A stretch of DNA of 64,000 bases from an uncultured Anaerolinea sp. (GCA_964595435.1 CAZQQJ010000001.1:41464-105463); one strand, 5' to 3'. Positions 46,442 through 56,344 are shown, counted from the stretch's first letter. A program made the numbers and translations. Notes: generated by a model not told the origin, from the letters alone.

Positions 46442-49027
46442 TTACTGCGGCGGGCGCACGTTGCTGAGCTGAACCGGACAGGTCGAGATAACCGATTCCA
46501 GGGTAAACGGCCCATCATTCTTGGCCACGGTATCTTTGCTATCGAAGTAGAAGATGACCTGAACGAGTTTGTTGGTAGGGGTGATGTTGATGTCGATCCA
46601 ATTGGTGATGGGCAGGGTGAAAGGCAGGTTGACGTTGCCTTGCGGGTAGGAATTGTTCTGCACCGCCACGTCGACCACTTCGGCTTTGGAGCTATTGCCC
46701 ACCGAAAGTTTCAGGCGGGTCATCTGGTAGGTGATGGAGGCGGGGGCGTTGCTGCCAAAGGGCAGGTTCCAGGTCAGCTTGGTGAAATTGTTCTTGTCCG
46801 GGCCGTACCATTCGACGGTGCCGTTGCCCGGGCAACTGATCGGGTAGATCACCCGCGTATCTTGAGCCGTATCGTAGCCGTCCGAGACGCGGGCGGTGAT
46901 GGTGCGGCGGCCAGGGGTGAGCACGCTGCCGTTTACCGTAATGCTGCCGCCGCGACCCAATTCAGTGCTCAGGTCATCCGTCCACACAACCTTGCTCAAC
47001 AGGTCGGTCTGCCCGGGGTCGGTCTCGGTCACCACGGCGGTCAGCACGATGGACTTGGAATAATCGAACTGGACGTTGGCGTCTGGCGCCACGATCTTGA
47101 TCTTGGGCGGGTTGTTGAGGATGTTGACCGTCTCAGTGACAATGGTGGTCTTGGATGAGGTCCATTCGGATACCACCGCATTCAGGGTGTGCTGCCCGAC
47201 GGTGAGCGGCAAAGTGGAAGTGACCGTCGCGCCCTGGCCGACAAAACTGTTTGCGAAGGACCAGCGGATCAGGTGGCTGAGGTCGGTCACGCCGTCATAT
47301 GAAGTAGCTGTCCCGGCCAGCGCGATGGGTGCGTTGGCTTTGAAAGAGGCGTCGTTTGCCGGCGAAGTGATGTCCAGGGTGGGAGCGCCGTATTCCTTCT
47401 TATCGATGGTAATGACAATAGAACGCCGGCCCACCAGCCCGCTCGAGTCGATGACCCGGGCCTCGATGGTGTGTACGCCGCCATCCAGGATCGAGGTGGA
47501 TGCCGTACCGCCGGTGCCGAATTTGCCGTTCAGGCTGGATATCCAGTCGGTCTTGGCCGTGAGGTCGCCGTCTTTGGTGTCCTGCGCAGTGCCATTGAAG
47601 GTGACCGGCTGGCCGTACAGGAAAATTGAGCCGTCTGCGGGGGCGGTGATGGTTACCAGCGGGGCAGCGTCATCGACAACCCGGATGCTGAAGGTTACCG
47701 TACCGGTCAGGCCGTTTGCAGGATCGGTCGACTGGACTGTGATGGTGTGCTGGCCAGCGCGCAGGTTGGCGTTGGTGAAAGACGCACCGCTGCCGATCGC
47801 CCCATCCAGGCTCGAGGTCCAGGTCAGGCCGGAGCTCAAATCGACGCCCCTCACGCTGGTGGACTTGCCCTCGAACTGGATCGACGCGCCCAGGGAAAAG
47901 ACCGTATTGGATGCGGGCTTGATGATCGTGATGGTGGGAGGCTCATTCCTGACCACCGCGATGGTAATCGACTTGCTGCCGGTCAGCCCGCCCGAGTCGG
48001 TGGCCTGGGCGATTACGGTGTGGGTGCCTGCCAGCAGCGACGAGGTGTTGAATGTGGCAGTCGCCGAGGCCATCTGGACGCCGTCGATCCTCCAGACGAT
48101 GTGGTCGCTCAGGTCGCCATCTCCGGGATCGTCAATGGCTGTGCCGGTGAAGGTGATCGCTTCGCCCTCGTCGAAGATGCTGCCGTTTGCCGGAGCGGTG
48201 ATATCTACCAACGGCGGAGCGTTGATGAGCAGGGTAATGCTGGCGGTGCCAATATTGCTATCGCTGTCTACCACCTGGGCGGTAATGGTGTGTTCTCCGG
48301 CGCGGAGCGATGAAACGTCCAGGGTGGAGCCGGTGCCCAGAACGCCATCCAGGCTGGAGATCCACTGGATCAGGTTGCTGATGGTGCCGTCCTCGGGGTC
48401 TTCGGCTGTTCCCCTGAAGGTTATGGTCTGGCCGATCTCTTTCATCGAGCCATTCAGCGGTTGCAGGATGGTCACCACGGGAGCGTTGTTCGTGCCTTTA
48501 CCAGAGGTGGAGGCCGACCCGATGGATACTTCTTTGACGATTGTGCGGCTGGCCGTCGAAGAGATGGTGAACGGCTTGAGCTGCGGCACCACGCCGAGCA
48601 TCGGGATGTACTGGCTGGTAACGGTGATTTTGACGCGATCTCCCAACCCGACCGCGTTGGCATCTGCAGGGGTGAAACCCACTGCGTCGTCTGGACCGCG
48701 ATCGTAGGCGATGGAGACGTTGATCGCCCCGGTCAGGGCGCCTAACCGCCGGGCGGCTGCCTGGATGCCGGCCGTGTCCAGGTAATAAGGCACGCCGTTT
48801 TCCGATTTGCCGGCGGCGGCAGCATAGCGAGCTGCCTCGCGGCTAGCAGAAGCGACCGATGTGTAGATGACCATCAAACGCCCCGTTTCGATAATCCCAA
48901 AGAGCAGCACCAGCAACATGGGGAGCACCAGGGCAAATTCGGTCATCGCCTGGCCACGGCTGCCTCTGCGTGGGTTCTTTGCCCACAAGTTTTTAGTTGT
49001 CAGTGAAAAAGCTCTCGGTTCGTCCAT
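46442..49027 (-). CDS. TadE-like N-terminal domain fused to about 7 tandem Ig-like repeat domains (about 860 aa)
   Basis: RGSRGQAMTEFALVLPMLLVLLFGIIETGRLMVIYTSVASASREAARYAAAAG is a TadE domain. It is followed by about seven roughly 95-aa repeats of pattern TFxGTAxDxxDGDLSxxIxWxSSLDGxxGTGxxxxxSxLxAGxHTITAxVxDSxG. Start at MDEPRAF (rc 49025-49027). Confidence 0.7.
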   Translation of the reverse strand: MDEPRAFSLTTKNLWAKNPRRGSRGQAMTEFALVLPMLLVLLFGIIETGRLMVIYTSVASASREAARYAAAAGKSENGVPYYLDTAGIQAAARRLGALTGAINVSIAYDRGPDDAVGFTPADANAVGLGDRVKITVTSQYIPMLGVVPQLKPFTISSTASRTIVKEVSIGSASTSGKGTNNAPVVTILQPLNGSMKEIGQTITFRGTAEDPEDGTISNLIQWISSLDGVLGTGSTLDVSSLRAGEHTITAQVVDSDSNIGTASITLLINAPPLVDITAPANGSIFDEGEAITFTGTAIDDPGDGDLSDHIVWRIDGVQMASATATFNTSSLLAGTHTVIAQATDSGGLTGSKSITIAVVRNEPPTITIIKPASNTVFSLGASIQFEGKSTSVRGVDLSSGLTWTSSLDGAIGSGASFTNANLRAGQHTITVQSTDPANGLTGTVTFSIRVVDDAAPLVTITAPADGSIFLYGQPVTFNGTAQDTKDGDLTAKTDWISSLNGKFGTGGTASTSILDGGVHTIEARVIDSSGLVGRRSIVITIDKKEYGAPTLDITSPANDASFKANAPIALAGTATSYDGVTDLSHLIRWSFANSFVGQGATVTSTLPLTVGQHTLNAVVSEWTSSKTTIVTETVNILNNPPKIKIVAPDANVQFDYSKSIVLTAVVTETDPGQTDLLSKVVWTDDLSTELGRGGSITVNGSVLTPGRRTITARVSDGYDTAQDTRVIYPISCPGNGTVEWYGPDKNNFTKLTWNLPFGSNAPASITYQMTRLKLSVGNSSKAEVVDVAVQNNSYPQGNVNLPFTLPITNWIDINITPTNKLVQVIFYFDSKDTVAKNDGPFTLESVISTCPVQLSNVRPPQ

Positions 49028-49254
49028 GGGCCATACACCTGAATCCAAAATGGGAGGATACTGCGTCTTTAACTTAGTTCCGACCCCAGGGTAAAGTGCG
49101 ACGCAAAAAACGGTCACCTGACAAACTTGTAAGGCATATTTATAATTTATGAAAAAATTCATGAAATAATTTTATTGCACAATATTTTGTGAACAAAGAT
49201 GATTTTGATTGGCTCTGTAATTGCGCGGTGAGCAACACTGCACAACCCGGAGCG

Positions 49255-50145
49255 CTAACCAGACTGTCCCGCGGTTAGCTCGTGGTCGTGTTTGAAGGCG
49301 CGGACTGATTCCGCCATGCTGATTTCCCCCGACAGAACCTGTCCCTGGTATTGGACTGCCCACTGATAGAGCATGGAACGCGCCTGGAGCATTTCGATGA
49401 GCACCAGTTCGGCCAGCGGACCGGCCTCGGTCAAATAGCCGGTATCGTAAAAGTCGCGCTCGGCCTGGGCCTGGTCGTAATCGAGGCGCACGATTTCGGC
49501 CTGCCAGACGCCGGCGCGCCAGGTGAGCCGGGCGTAGGATGGGTGTGAATCGCCGTCGAAGGGCAGACCCAGCGAGCCGGCGTTGACGACCAACACGCCT
49601 TCCAGCCAGCGCACCAGGGGACGGTGCGTGTGGCCGACACAAAAGAGCGCCAGGGGCGCCGCCCCGCCAGGGGTTGGGTTTGCGCCGTTCAGGCCAATTC
49701 TTTCTTTGAGCGAAGAGTCGCTGGTTTCGGGGTAGATGCCCTCCCGCAAACCGAGCATCGAGCCGTGGGTGAAATGCAGCCGGCGGTTATCGGGCGCGGC
49801 CATCCCCAGGTGGGGCGGCATTTGCTCGAGCAAGGAGAGCGCATCGCCCAGTTGCCGGCCGGTCCAGATGGATGGCCGGTGTACTTCGCTGGCCAGCGGG
49901 TCACGCTGAGCGTCTGGCTGCGCGAAATGCAGCACATAATCTTCATGATTGCCCCGCAACCAGCGCCAGCCGAGCGACTCGACGCGCCTGGCGACGAAGC
50001 GCAAGCATTCCAACGGGCGCGGGCCGCGGTTGACCAGGTCGCCGGCGACGATGACGTGGTCAGGCTGCCAGGCGGCCAGGTGTTCGGCGGCCGCTTGCAG
50101 AGCGGGAAAATTGGCGTGGATGTCGGCGAGGACGGCGATTTTCAT
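49255..50145 (-). CDS. calcineurin-like metallophosphoesterase
   Basis: MKIAVLADIHAN, VIVAGDLVNRGP, GNHED and GHTHRP metal-binding motifs. The alternative start at 50157 is also possible. Confidence 0.8.
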   Translation of the reverse strand: MKIAVLADIHANFPALQAAAEHLAAWQPDHVIVAGDLVNRGPRPLECLRFVARRVESLGWRWLRGNHEDYVLHFAQPDAQRDPLASEVHRPSIWTGRQLGDALSLLEQMPPHLGMAAPDNRRLHFTHGSMLGLREGIYPETSDSSLKERIGLNGANPTPGGAAPLALFCVGHTHRPLVRWLEGVLVVNAGSLGLPFDGDSHPSYARLTWRAGVWQAEIVRLDYDQAQAERDFYDTGYLTEAGPLAELVLIEMLQARSMLYQWAVQYQGQVLSGEISMAESVRAFKHDHELTAGQSG

Positions 50146-50362
50146 AGGTGGGAGCATTATAGTGCAAAAACTGCTCGCGAACCTGCGGCAGGTTCGGGCC
50201 ACGCAAGGTGATCTCTGGTCAGACAGGGAGCGCTGGCGCGATGAAGTTGTTTTCACCACATTGGTACCGGCCAGACTTTCAGGGGGCTACTGTGAGAGCC
50301 ACAGAAAGCACAAACGTAATGCCAAATTACAAAAGTGTTATGTGTTTCGCCGGTCTCTTCTA

Positions 50363-50391
50363 TTGACTTACTGGCAGGTATGGCATATATT
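50363..50391 (+). promoter_or_regulatory. sigma-70-like promoter TTGACT-17-TATATT upstream of divergent sigma-like gene
   Basis: TTGACT lies at 50363-50368 and TATATT at 50386-50391. Confidence 0.4.
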
Positions 50392-50465
50392 TGTTTCACT
50401 GCTTGCTTCTGTCAACGGTGATGTTTTAACGTGTGAGAATTCGGTGGAGCGTACGGTAACCGGTT

Positions 50466-51101
50466 ATGCAATTTTCAAGTGAGCCCGATCGCGAATGGCA
50501 AGATCAGCAACATGCGCGGATCCTGAAGGGGGACGTAACCGCGTTTGCTGAATTATGCGAGGTGGCTCTGCCTCACCTGGTTTCGTTTTTGGACAGCAAG
50601 TTCGTCTACGCGGGAAGCGACGAGCGAGAGACGGCAGCAATTGATTGTCTGTTGAATTACAATGCCAATGCCGGACAATATCGTACGGGCGGTATTTCGT
50701 TGTTTGCCTATTTGAGGATGTCTGCCCGTTATGATATGCTGAATGTGCTGGATCAGAATAACCGCCGTGAGTGGCGATGGATCAGCCTGGATGCGTTGGA
50801 TGGCAGATCGAACCTTCAAGGGCAGGAGGATTTTACCGAGCAGTTAAAGCTGGACGAGATGCTGCAAGAATATACGTCCTTGTCGTTTAGCGAGATTTTG
50901 AGTATTATTCAGGCCGATCTGGATGCGGTGGAAAAGAAGATCCTGTGGTTGATGCTCGAAGGGGAACGCAGCACGCAAAGCTACGCCGAACTCCTGGGAA
51001 TCCAGCATCTGGATGAGCAGCAACAGCGCGATGAAGTGAAGCGCGTTAAAGATCGCATGATGAAAAAGCTGCGCCGGATCGGGAATCGCCTAAAAAAGTA
51101 G
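50466..51101 (+). CDS. divergent ECF-like sigma-70 family protein
   Basis: A region-2-like segment (ARILKGDVTAFAELCEVALPHLVSFL...LFAYLRMSARYDMLNVL) and a region-4-like HTH (EKKILWLMLEGERSTQSYAELLGI). Low similarity; assignment tentative. Confidence 0.5.
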   Translation: MQFSSEPDREWQDQQHARILKGDVTAFAELCEVALPHLVSFLDSKFVYAGSDERETAAIDCLLNYNANAGQYRTGGISLFAYLRMSARYDMLNVLDQNNRREWRWISLDALDGRSNLQGQEDFTEQLKLDEMLQEYTSLSFSEILSIIQADLDAVEKKILWLMLEGERSTQSYAELLGIQHLDEQQQRDEVKRVKDRMMKKLRRIGNRLKK

Positions 51102-51229
51102 TAAATAAGTTCCAAAAGAGTATTTTTGCGCGTCGCAGTTTTGTTTGGGCTCGGAACTATTGTTAGAAAGCAAGGAAATTGAGATTGATATTCAGAGTGA
51201 TCGTGATCTAATTATTTGGTAAGACCTTT

Positions 51230-52546
51230 ATGAACGAACAGCAAGCAATTCCGCTCCTAAAAATGGCGGTTCGGGCCAGTAAGGACCCAACCCTTCTGGC
51301 CTCACAATTGGACCAGATCGCCAAGCAAGAAAACCGGACCTGGCAGGAGATCGCCAGCCAGTTGGGCATTGATGAGATGCAGTTGGCGAAGCTGGCCCTG
51401 TGCCGCCGTCCAGAGGTGAAACGTTATGACGCAGAGGTCAAACAGATTGCGACATACGTGGGCATGGAGCGGGTAGTGTTGGACCGGTTCCTCAGCCGGC
51501 ATTCTCGGACCCAATCCGAGAGGGCGCGGGTCCAGCCGGCAAAGCGCCTGCCTCGCTGGAACATTTCCTTGCCCAGGCCGGTTGTGTGGGCAGCCGGGTT
51601 TGCCCTGTTGTTCGTGATCGTGTTGAGCGCGTCGATGTTTGCTTCGCCGGCGAAGGCAGAGGCAACCTTGATCGTTGACCAGGGACAGGCGACGGCGACG
51701 ATCAGCGGCGTTTTGTCGCTTACGGCACCCAAAGACGTGGTCGTTTCAGCCGGGCAGATGTACGCAGTGAGAGCTGGCGACCGGATTGCTCTGAAAGAGG
51801 GGGCGCGGGCGCGCCTGCAACTCTATGACGGCAGTTCGGTGGAGTTGCTGGAAAGCGCCCAGGTGGACGTGGCGGAGCTTGCCACCTCGCGAAATAGCTA
51901 TCGTGTCCACTTGGAACAACGGGGAGGCACGACAGTCAACCGGGTGATCCGCCTGTTGGGATTGAACGATCGCTTCGAGATCAGCACGCCGTCTTCCACG
52001 GTATCTGTACGCGGTACGATGTTTAGGGTGTCGGTGGTCTCTGACGCCAGCACCTTCGTCGCTGTGGAGAAAGGGGTGGTGCACTTCGAAATGGGCGACG
52101 CGGCGGCAGATATCCGGGCCGGCGAAGAATTGCTGGGGGTGCTGGGACAGCCCCTACAGGTGCGGGCATCCGAGGGCAAAACGCCGTACAGCACTTTTAC
52201 GGCGACTCCTGAGACGGGTATGCCCACCGGTTTGCCAACCGTTGCTACGACGGTTCCACCCACCAGCATCCCTGCTGCTCCCTCCACTGTACCTCCTCTC
52301 GCCACGCCGCAGCCGACGGCGATTGGCGGCGACGGCCAACCGATGGGTACGTCGGCGCCACCAGGAGTTGTGCAACCTTCGGCGGTGTCTACGAAGCAAG
52401 TTCCCGGTAAGCCGCCAAGCCAGGTGCCTGGCGAGGGCAACCCTCCGGAAGGCGGCGGTGAACCGCCCGGGCAGGCGAAGGATAAGGATAATGATCCTCC
52501 GGGCCAGGACAAGGAAAAAAACGATCCACCCGGTAAGAACAAATAG
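51230..52546 (+). CDS. FecR-domain membrane protein (anti-sigma-like) with Pro-rich and KD-rich C-terminal tail
   Basis: A single TM (VVWAAGFALLFVIVLSASMF) and a FecR-like beta domain (RVHLEQRGGTTVNRV...FEISTPSSTVSVRGTMFRVSV). The C-terminal tail is Pro/Thr-rich (PTGLPTVATTVPPTSIPAAPSTVPP...) and ends in a PPGQ-/KD-rich stretch (PPGQAKDKDNDPPGQDKEKNDPPGKNK). Confidence 0.6.
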   Translation: MNEQQAIPLLKMAVRASKDPTLLASQLDQIAKQENRTWQEIASQLGIDEMQLAKLALCRRPEVKRYDAEVKQIATYVGMERVVLDRFLSRHSRTQSERARVQPAKRLPRWNISLPRPVVWAAGFALLFVIVLSASMFASPAKAEATLIVDQGQATATISGVLSLTAPKDVVVSAGQMYAVRAGDRIALKEGARARLQLYDGSSVELLESAQVDVAELATSRNSYRVHLEQRGGTTVNRVIRLLGLNDRFEISTPSSTVSVRGTMFRVSVVSDASTFVAVEKGVVHFEMGDAAADIRAGEELLGVLGQPLQVRASEGKTPYSTFTATPETGMPTGLPTVATTVPPTSIPAAPSTVPPLATPQPTAIGGDGQPMGTSAPPGVVQPSAVSTKQVPGKPPSQVPGEGNPPEGGGEPPGQAKDKDNDPPGQDKEKNDPPGKNK

Positions 52547-52583
52547 CTGATCAGCTCATTCCCAGGTGGTTTTAGATGACAGG

Positions 52584-52622
52584 TGCGACGCACTTCTAAG
52601 GTGCGTCGCATTTTCTTATTTG
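52584..52622 (+). terminator. rho-independent terminator after FecR-domain gene
   Basis: GTGCGACGCAC-ttctaag-GTGCGTCGCA followed by TTTTCTTATTT. Confidence 0.7.
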
Positions 52623-52706
52623 GCTGAAAGCCGTTTTGTGTGGCCGGTGCATTGCACGTGTTCTTCGTGCATTGCACCTGAAAAACTTTTTTTAGTTGAG
52701 TAGGTC

Positions 52707-52773
52707 AGGTAGTTTGGTAGTCTTGTAGTGCATCCTGTCGGCAATTTTGTTTGACCTGTAAGGCGCGAGCAGC
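52707..52773. repeat. palindromic intergenic repeat, copy 3 (module A plus partial B')
   Basis: AGGTAGTTTGGTAGTCTTGTAGTGCATCCTGTCGGCAATTTTGT and TTGACCTGTAAGGCGCGAGCAGC match modules A and B' of the 29279-29402 copy. Confidence 0.6.
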
Positions 52774-52806
52774 TTAACCTACGCCCGCCGTGAATGTGCC
52801 ACAGGG

Positions 52807-55800
52807 CTAGGCAGGGTGGCTTTCGATGATGCTATAGGTCATCAGCGAAGCAGCGGGTTGGTTCAGCGTCAAGGTTCCAAAGGGTTCGCAAATCGCCGTG
52901 TCTTCGACGGCTTCATAAGCCGGGCCGCCGATTAAAATCTGAGAAGGCCCTGCTGCGTTGGCCAGTTGGGCCGCAATTTCTAACGGCTCACCGATGGCGC
53001 CGAATTCGTTGCGCCGTCCGGCTCGCGAATAGCCGACGATGGCGCGCCCCGCGTAAATGCCAAACGAGAGATTGAGGCGGCGATGGGGATGGTTGTCTGG
53101 AAGCGACAGGAAATATATTTCTAGCTGTGCTTTTATTTCCAGTGAGGCCAGGGCGGCCTGCCTGGCGTGATCGGGTTGAGGCAAGGGGGCATTGAAGATG
53201 GCTTGCAATTGGTTTTCTTTGCTATCGACCAAAGTCCCCGCGTGTCCGAAGACTGCCTCGTTGAAAGTTTTGCGAAAGTGGTCGAGCGTGGCGCCGACCA
53301 GACCCGGATCGTACATTTCAGTGTATTCTTCTAGCCCATGTATTTGGGCCACCAGGGCAGTAATTTCCCTGATCTGCCTTTCCAGGCTGATCTTACCGCG
53401 ATGTACGGCCTGGATGGTGTCTTGCGCTGTTCGCGGAGAAATACGGTATTCCAGCGCCTCCATCACTAACTTGCGCTGGCGGATTTCTTGGGAGTAAGAG
53501 AAGGCCATGACAACCAGGCAGGTCAGGGCAATGCAAAGAAAAGGGTAGAAGAGATCAAGCTGCAAGCCAAAGGCGTCGAAAGCCCAGGAAGCAAGCAGAA
53601 AATAGATTACACCGGTAGCGCCAGCCAGTGCAATGCCCGGCAGAGGGCGCGCGCCAAATAATCCGGTAATTGTTCCAAGAATGAGCAGGATGACCAGTCG
53701 AAGCCCGGCGCCCGGCAGCCGGATAAAGCGGCCAGACCAGATTGTTTCGATGGTATTGGCCAGAATTTCGACGCCATACATGGGGCGCCCGGCGCTCACT
53801 GCGGTCAGGTAGCGATCCGTTTCGGCCGTGGCGGTCATGCCGACCAGGACGATTTTGCCTTTGAGCAACTCCGGCGGGGCGGTACCATCCAGCACTGCCT
53901 GGAAGCTGGTTTGCTGGAAAGTGCTACTTTCCGGTTGTTGGGGCGGCCCGGCAAAATGGATCAGCATTTCTCCAAAGCGTTCGACCGGCATTTCCCGGCC
54001 GGCGAACAGCAGGTTTTTGGCGCCGGGCTGCACAGCTGCTGGCGTACCGGCCGAACTCGTACCGCCCAGGAAAGTCTGGATGGCGGCGAGCGCGATGCTG
54101 GGATAATGTACTCCGTCCACCAGGATGTTGGTGGGCATGCGTCGCACTACGCCGTCGCTGTCATGCGCCACATTGGCGTGCCCGACGGCCGCGCTTGCCG
54201 CCAGAAATTCGGGTTTCGGCAAAAGTTTTTCGGCAAATCGCATGGTGCCAGGCGAATCCAGGTAAGCGTCACCTTGCCCTAATACAGGCTGAACGATCAT
54301 ACCAGCCCGCTGCATGGCCCGGGATAGTTGCCCGTCATCGGGGGCGTCCTCAGAGAGCAAATAATCCAGCACAATGACACGCGCTCCTGAGCGCTGCAGT
54401 TCTTCGATAAGCCGGGCGTGCAGCGCCCTGGGCCAGTTCCCCCAACGACCATAGCTTTGCAGGCTGGCATCATCAATGCCGACGATGGTAATGAGATTGC
54501 TCACCGGGTAGGGTTGCAGCAATATATCCCGCATGCCGGCGTTCACCGGCGCAAACAGGCCGATTACTACGGCCAGGGCGACCAACAGGCCAATTCCCAG
54601 GCCAATCAGCCCACCACTAAAATATGGGAATGTGCGCTCGGCAAACAGCCAGGTCTTTAACCGGCGCAAGTTCAGGCGCAGGCGGATACCTGATGGGACA
54701 CTGTTCGGCAAACTGCCGGCGCCAAGATGGATCTGAGCGAGCAATTGATCCACGCTGCGACCGTCGCTTGCTGGCGCGGCCATTAACTGGTTTACTGCCG
54801 CAATCGAATGGATCCTTCCGATCAAACGGGCGATACGGTCGGATAGCGGATCATTCTCCAGTGTGAGAGCGGCCAATTTCGAGTCGCTGGCGGGTGAGAT
54901 GGCGATCGGTTTCCATTCACCTGCTTCTGGCACGAGACGCTCGAGCAAGCTCAACGCGTCGTTGCGCACCCGCCATACTTTTGCCCGGGCAACTTCGTCA
55001 ACCAGGCGTTCGGTCACCATGGGTGGGGGTTCGGTGAAAGGATGGGAGTCATCGGGTTCGCTCAACGCCAGTTTTAAAGCCCGCTGTGAGGTGGCGTCGC
55101 TTTCATTTACAATTGTATCGAAACATATTTTCCAACGCAGTTGCCTGTCATTGACTGCATGCCACCAGATGCCCAGGTTATAGTCAAAGGCAAAAGCTCC
55201 ACGCAACATGAACTCACGTACCGGCTCGTTCAGGGATAGGGAGTGTGTTTTGCCGGGGCGCAAAGCAGAATCGATAAAAGCCAGATGGGTGAGTTGAGCG
55301 GGGAAGCGTTGTTTTTCGGGCTGCCATGTTTCCAGGAGGTGATCCAGCATGTAACGCGCATCCTGGGCCAGCAAGCGATCTTCATCGCATTTCAGATCGA
55401 CTTCGGGCTCTCGCACGAATGGGATTGCAGTCTGCTCCTCCACCACATCGATGAGCCTTTGAAAGGCATCTCTGGCGGTTGGCGGGCGGTCGCGCATGTT
55501 GAACGCTGTCCACTCGCGTAAAACCTCGGTCAGCGGGTAGGCAAGCCGGGGGGCTTGTAGCTGCAACTTGGGCAGTTGCTCGAATTCGCGAATTTGCAAC
55601 CGGGCCAGTTCATCAACGCCGCCCCATGGCAGCCGGCCTGAGAGCATTTCATACATGACGATGCCAAAACTGTAGATATCCGATTGAGGCGTCACGTCCA
55701 GCAGGGCAAATTGTTCGTAGGGCGCGTAAAACCCTGTGCCACGCCCGGTATGCAAGGGGGCAGTTTCCTGTTGCAGGGTCTTGGCAAGGCCAAAATCACT

Positions 55801-56286
55801 CAGGTAGGGCCTGTTCTGGCTGTCCAGCAGGACGTTGCTCGGCTTGAGATCGCGATGGACGATTCCCCGGGTGTGCAAATAACTTAATGCCTCGGCGATT
55901 TGGAAGCCAATTCTCAACGCCTCGTTCAGGGGGAGCGGGCCTTGTTGTAACTTGTCCGCCAGTGATCCGTTGCTGCCATACCGCATGGCAAAGTAGTAAA
56001 ACCTGGACGTCTCACCGAATTCGTATAATGGCAAAATATTCGGATGGTCCAGGCTGGCAAGCAGATGGACCTGGCGTTCAAAGTTGCTGGAGACCGATGT
56101 GGGTGTGTGTCCATCCCCCGAAGCGCTTTCTACGATTTTTAGGGCCACGACGCGTTGATGCAGGCCATCCCAGGCGGACCAGATCGATGCCTCTCCGCCA
56201 TACCCAATGCGTTCCAGCAAGGTGTATTTGCCAAATTGGTTGCCGCGCTCAAGGTCTTTCTCGTAAAATTCCTGGGTTGATTCCAC
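52807..56286 (-). CDS. multidomain sensor: N-terminal Hanks Ser/Thr kinase, TM, CHASE2-like extracytoplasmic domain, 3-4 TM helices, C-terminal class III adenylate/guanylate cyclase
   Basis: Kinase motifs GYGGEASIW, ALK, HRDLKPSNVLL, DFGLAK and APYE. CHASE2-like block LITIVGIDDASLQSYGRWGNWPRALHARLIEELQRSGARVIVLDYLLSE. The cyclase domain contains FGHAGTLVDSKENQLQAIFNAP...LSFGIYAGRAIVGYSRAGRRNEFGAIGEPLEIAAQLANAA. Confidence 0.75.
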   Translation of the reverse strand: MESTQEFYEKDLERGNQFGKYTLLERIGYGGEASIWSAWDGLHQRVVALKIVESASGDGHTPTSVSSNFERQVHLLASLDHPNILPLYEFGETSRFYYFAMRYGSNGSLADKLQQGPLPLNEALRIGFQIAEALSYLHTRGIVHRDLKPSNVLLDSQNRPYLSDFGLAKTLQQETAPLHTGRGTGFYAPYEQFALLDVTPQSDIYSFGIVMYEMLSGRLPWGGVDELARLQIREFEQLPKLQLQAPRLAYPLTEVLREWTAFNMRDRPPTARDAFQRLIDVVEEQTAIPFVREPEVDLKCDEDRLLAQDARYMLDHLLETWQPEKQRFPAQLTHLAFIDSALRPGKTHSLSLNEPVREFMLRGAFAFDYNLGIWWHAVNDRQLRWKICFDTIVNESDATSQRALKLALSEPDDSHPFTEPPPMVTERLVDEVARAKVWRVRNDALSLLERLVPEAGEWKPIAISPASDSKLAALTLENDPLSDRIARLIGRIHSIAAVNQLMAAPASDGRSVDQLLAQIHLGAGSLPNSVPSGIRLRLNLRRLKTWLFAERTFPYFSGGLIGLGIGLLVALAVVIGLFAPVNAGMRDILLQPYPVSNLITIVGIDDASLQSYGRWGNWPRALHARLIEELQRSGARVIVLDYLLSEDAPDDGQLSRAMQRAGMIVQPVLGQGDAYLDSPGTMRFAEKLLPKPEFLAASAAVGHANVAHDSDGVVRRMPTNILVDGVHYPSIALAAIQTFLGGTSSAGTPAAVQPGAKNLLFAGREMPVERFGEMLIHFAGPPQQPESSTFQQTSFQAVLDGTAPPELLKGKIVLVGMTATAETDRYLTAVSAGRPMYGVEILANTIETIWSGRFIRLPGAGLRLVILLILGTITGLFGARPLPGIALAGATGVIYFLLASWAFDAFGLQLDLFYPFLCIALTCLVVMAFSYSQEIRQRKLVMEALEYRISPRTAQDTIQAVHRGKISLERQIREITALVAQIHGLEEYTEMYDPGLVGATLDHFRKTFNEAVFGHAGTLVDSKENQLQAIFNAPLPQPDHARQAALASLEIKAQLEIYFLSLPDNHPHRRLNLSFGIYAGRAIVGYSRAGRRNEFGAIGEPLEIAAQLANAAGPSQILIGGPAYEAVEDTAICEPFGTLTLNQPAASLMTYSIIESHPA

Positions 56287-56344
56287 GCTCTAAGACCTTG
56301 AATAGTTCCCTGTAATGATCAACGTCTGAGAAGGTCGGGCCTGG

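Noticed and set aside
47076-48707. 543-aa plus-strand ORF
   Set aside because: It is antisense to the TadE-Ig-repeat gene, whose repeat structure and TadE domain are convincing. The translation is low-complexity.
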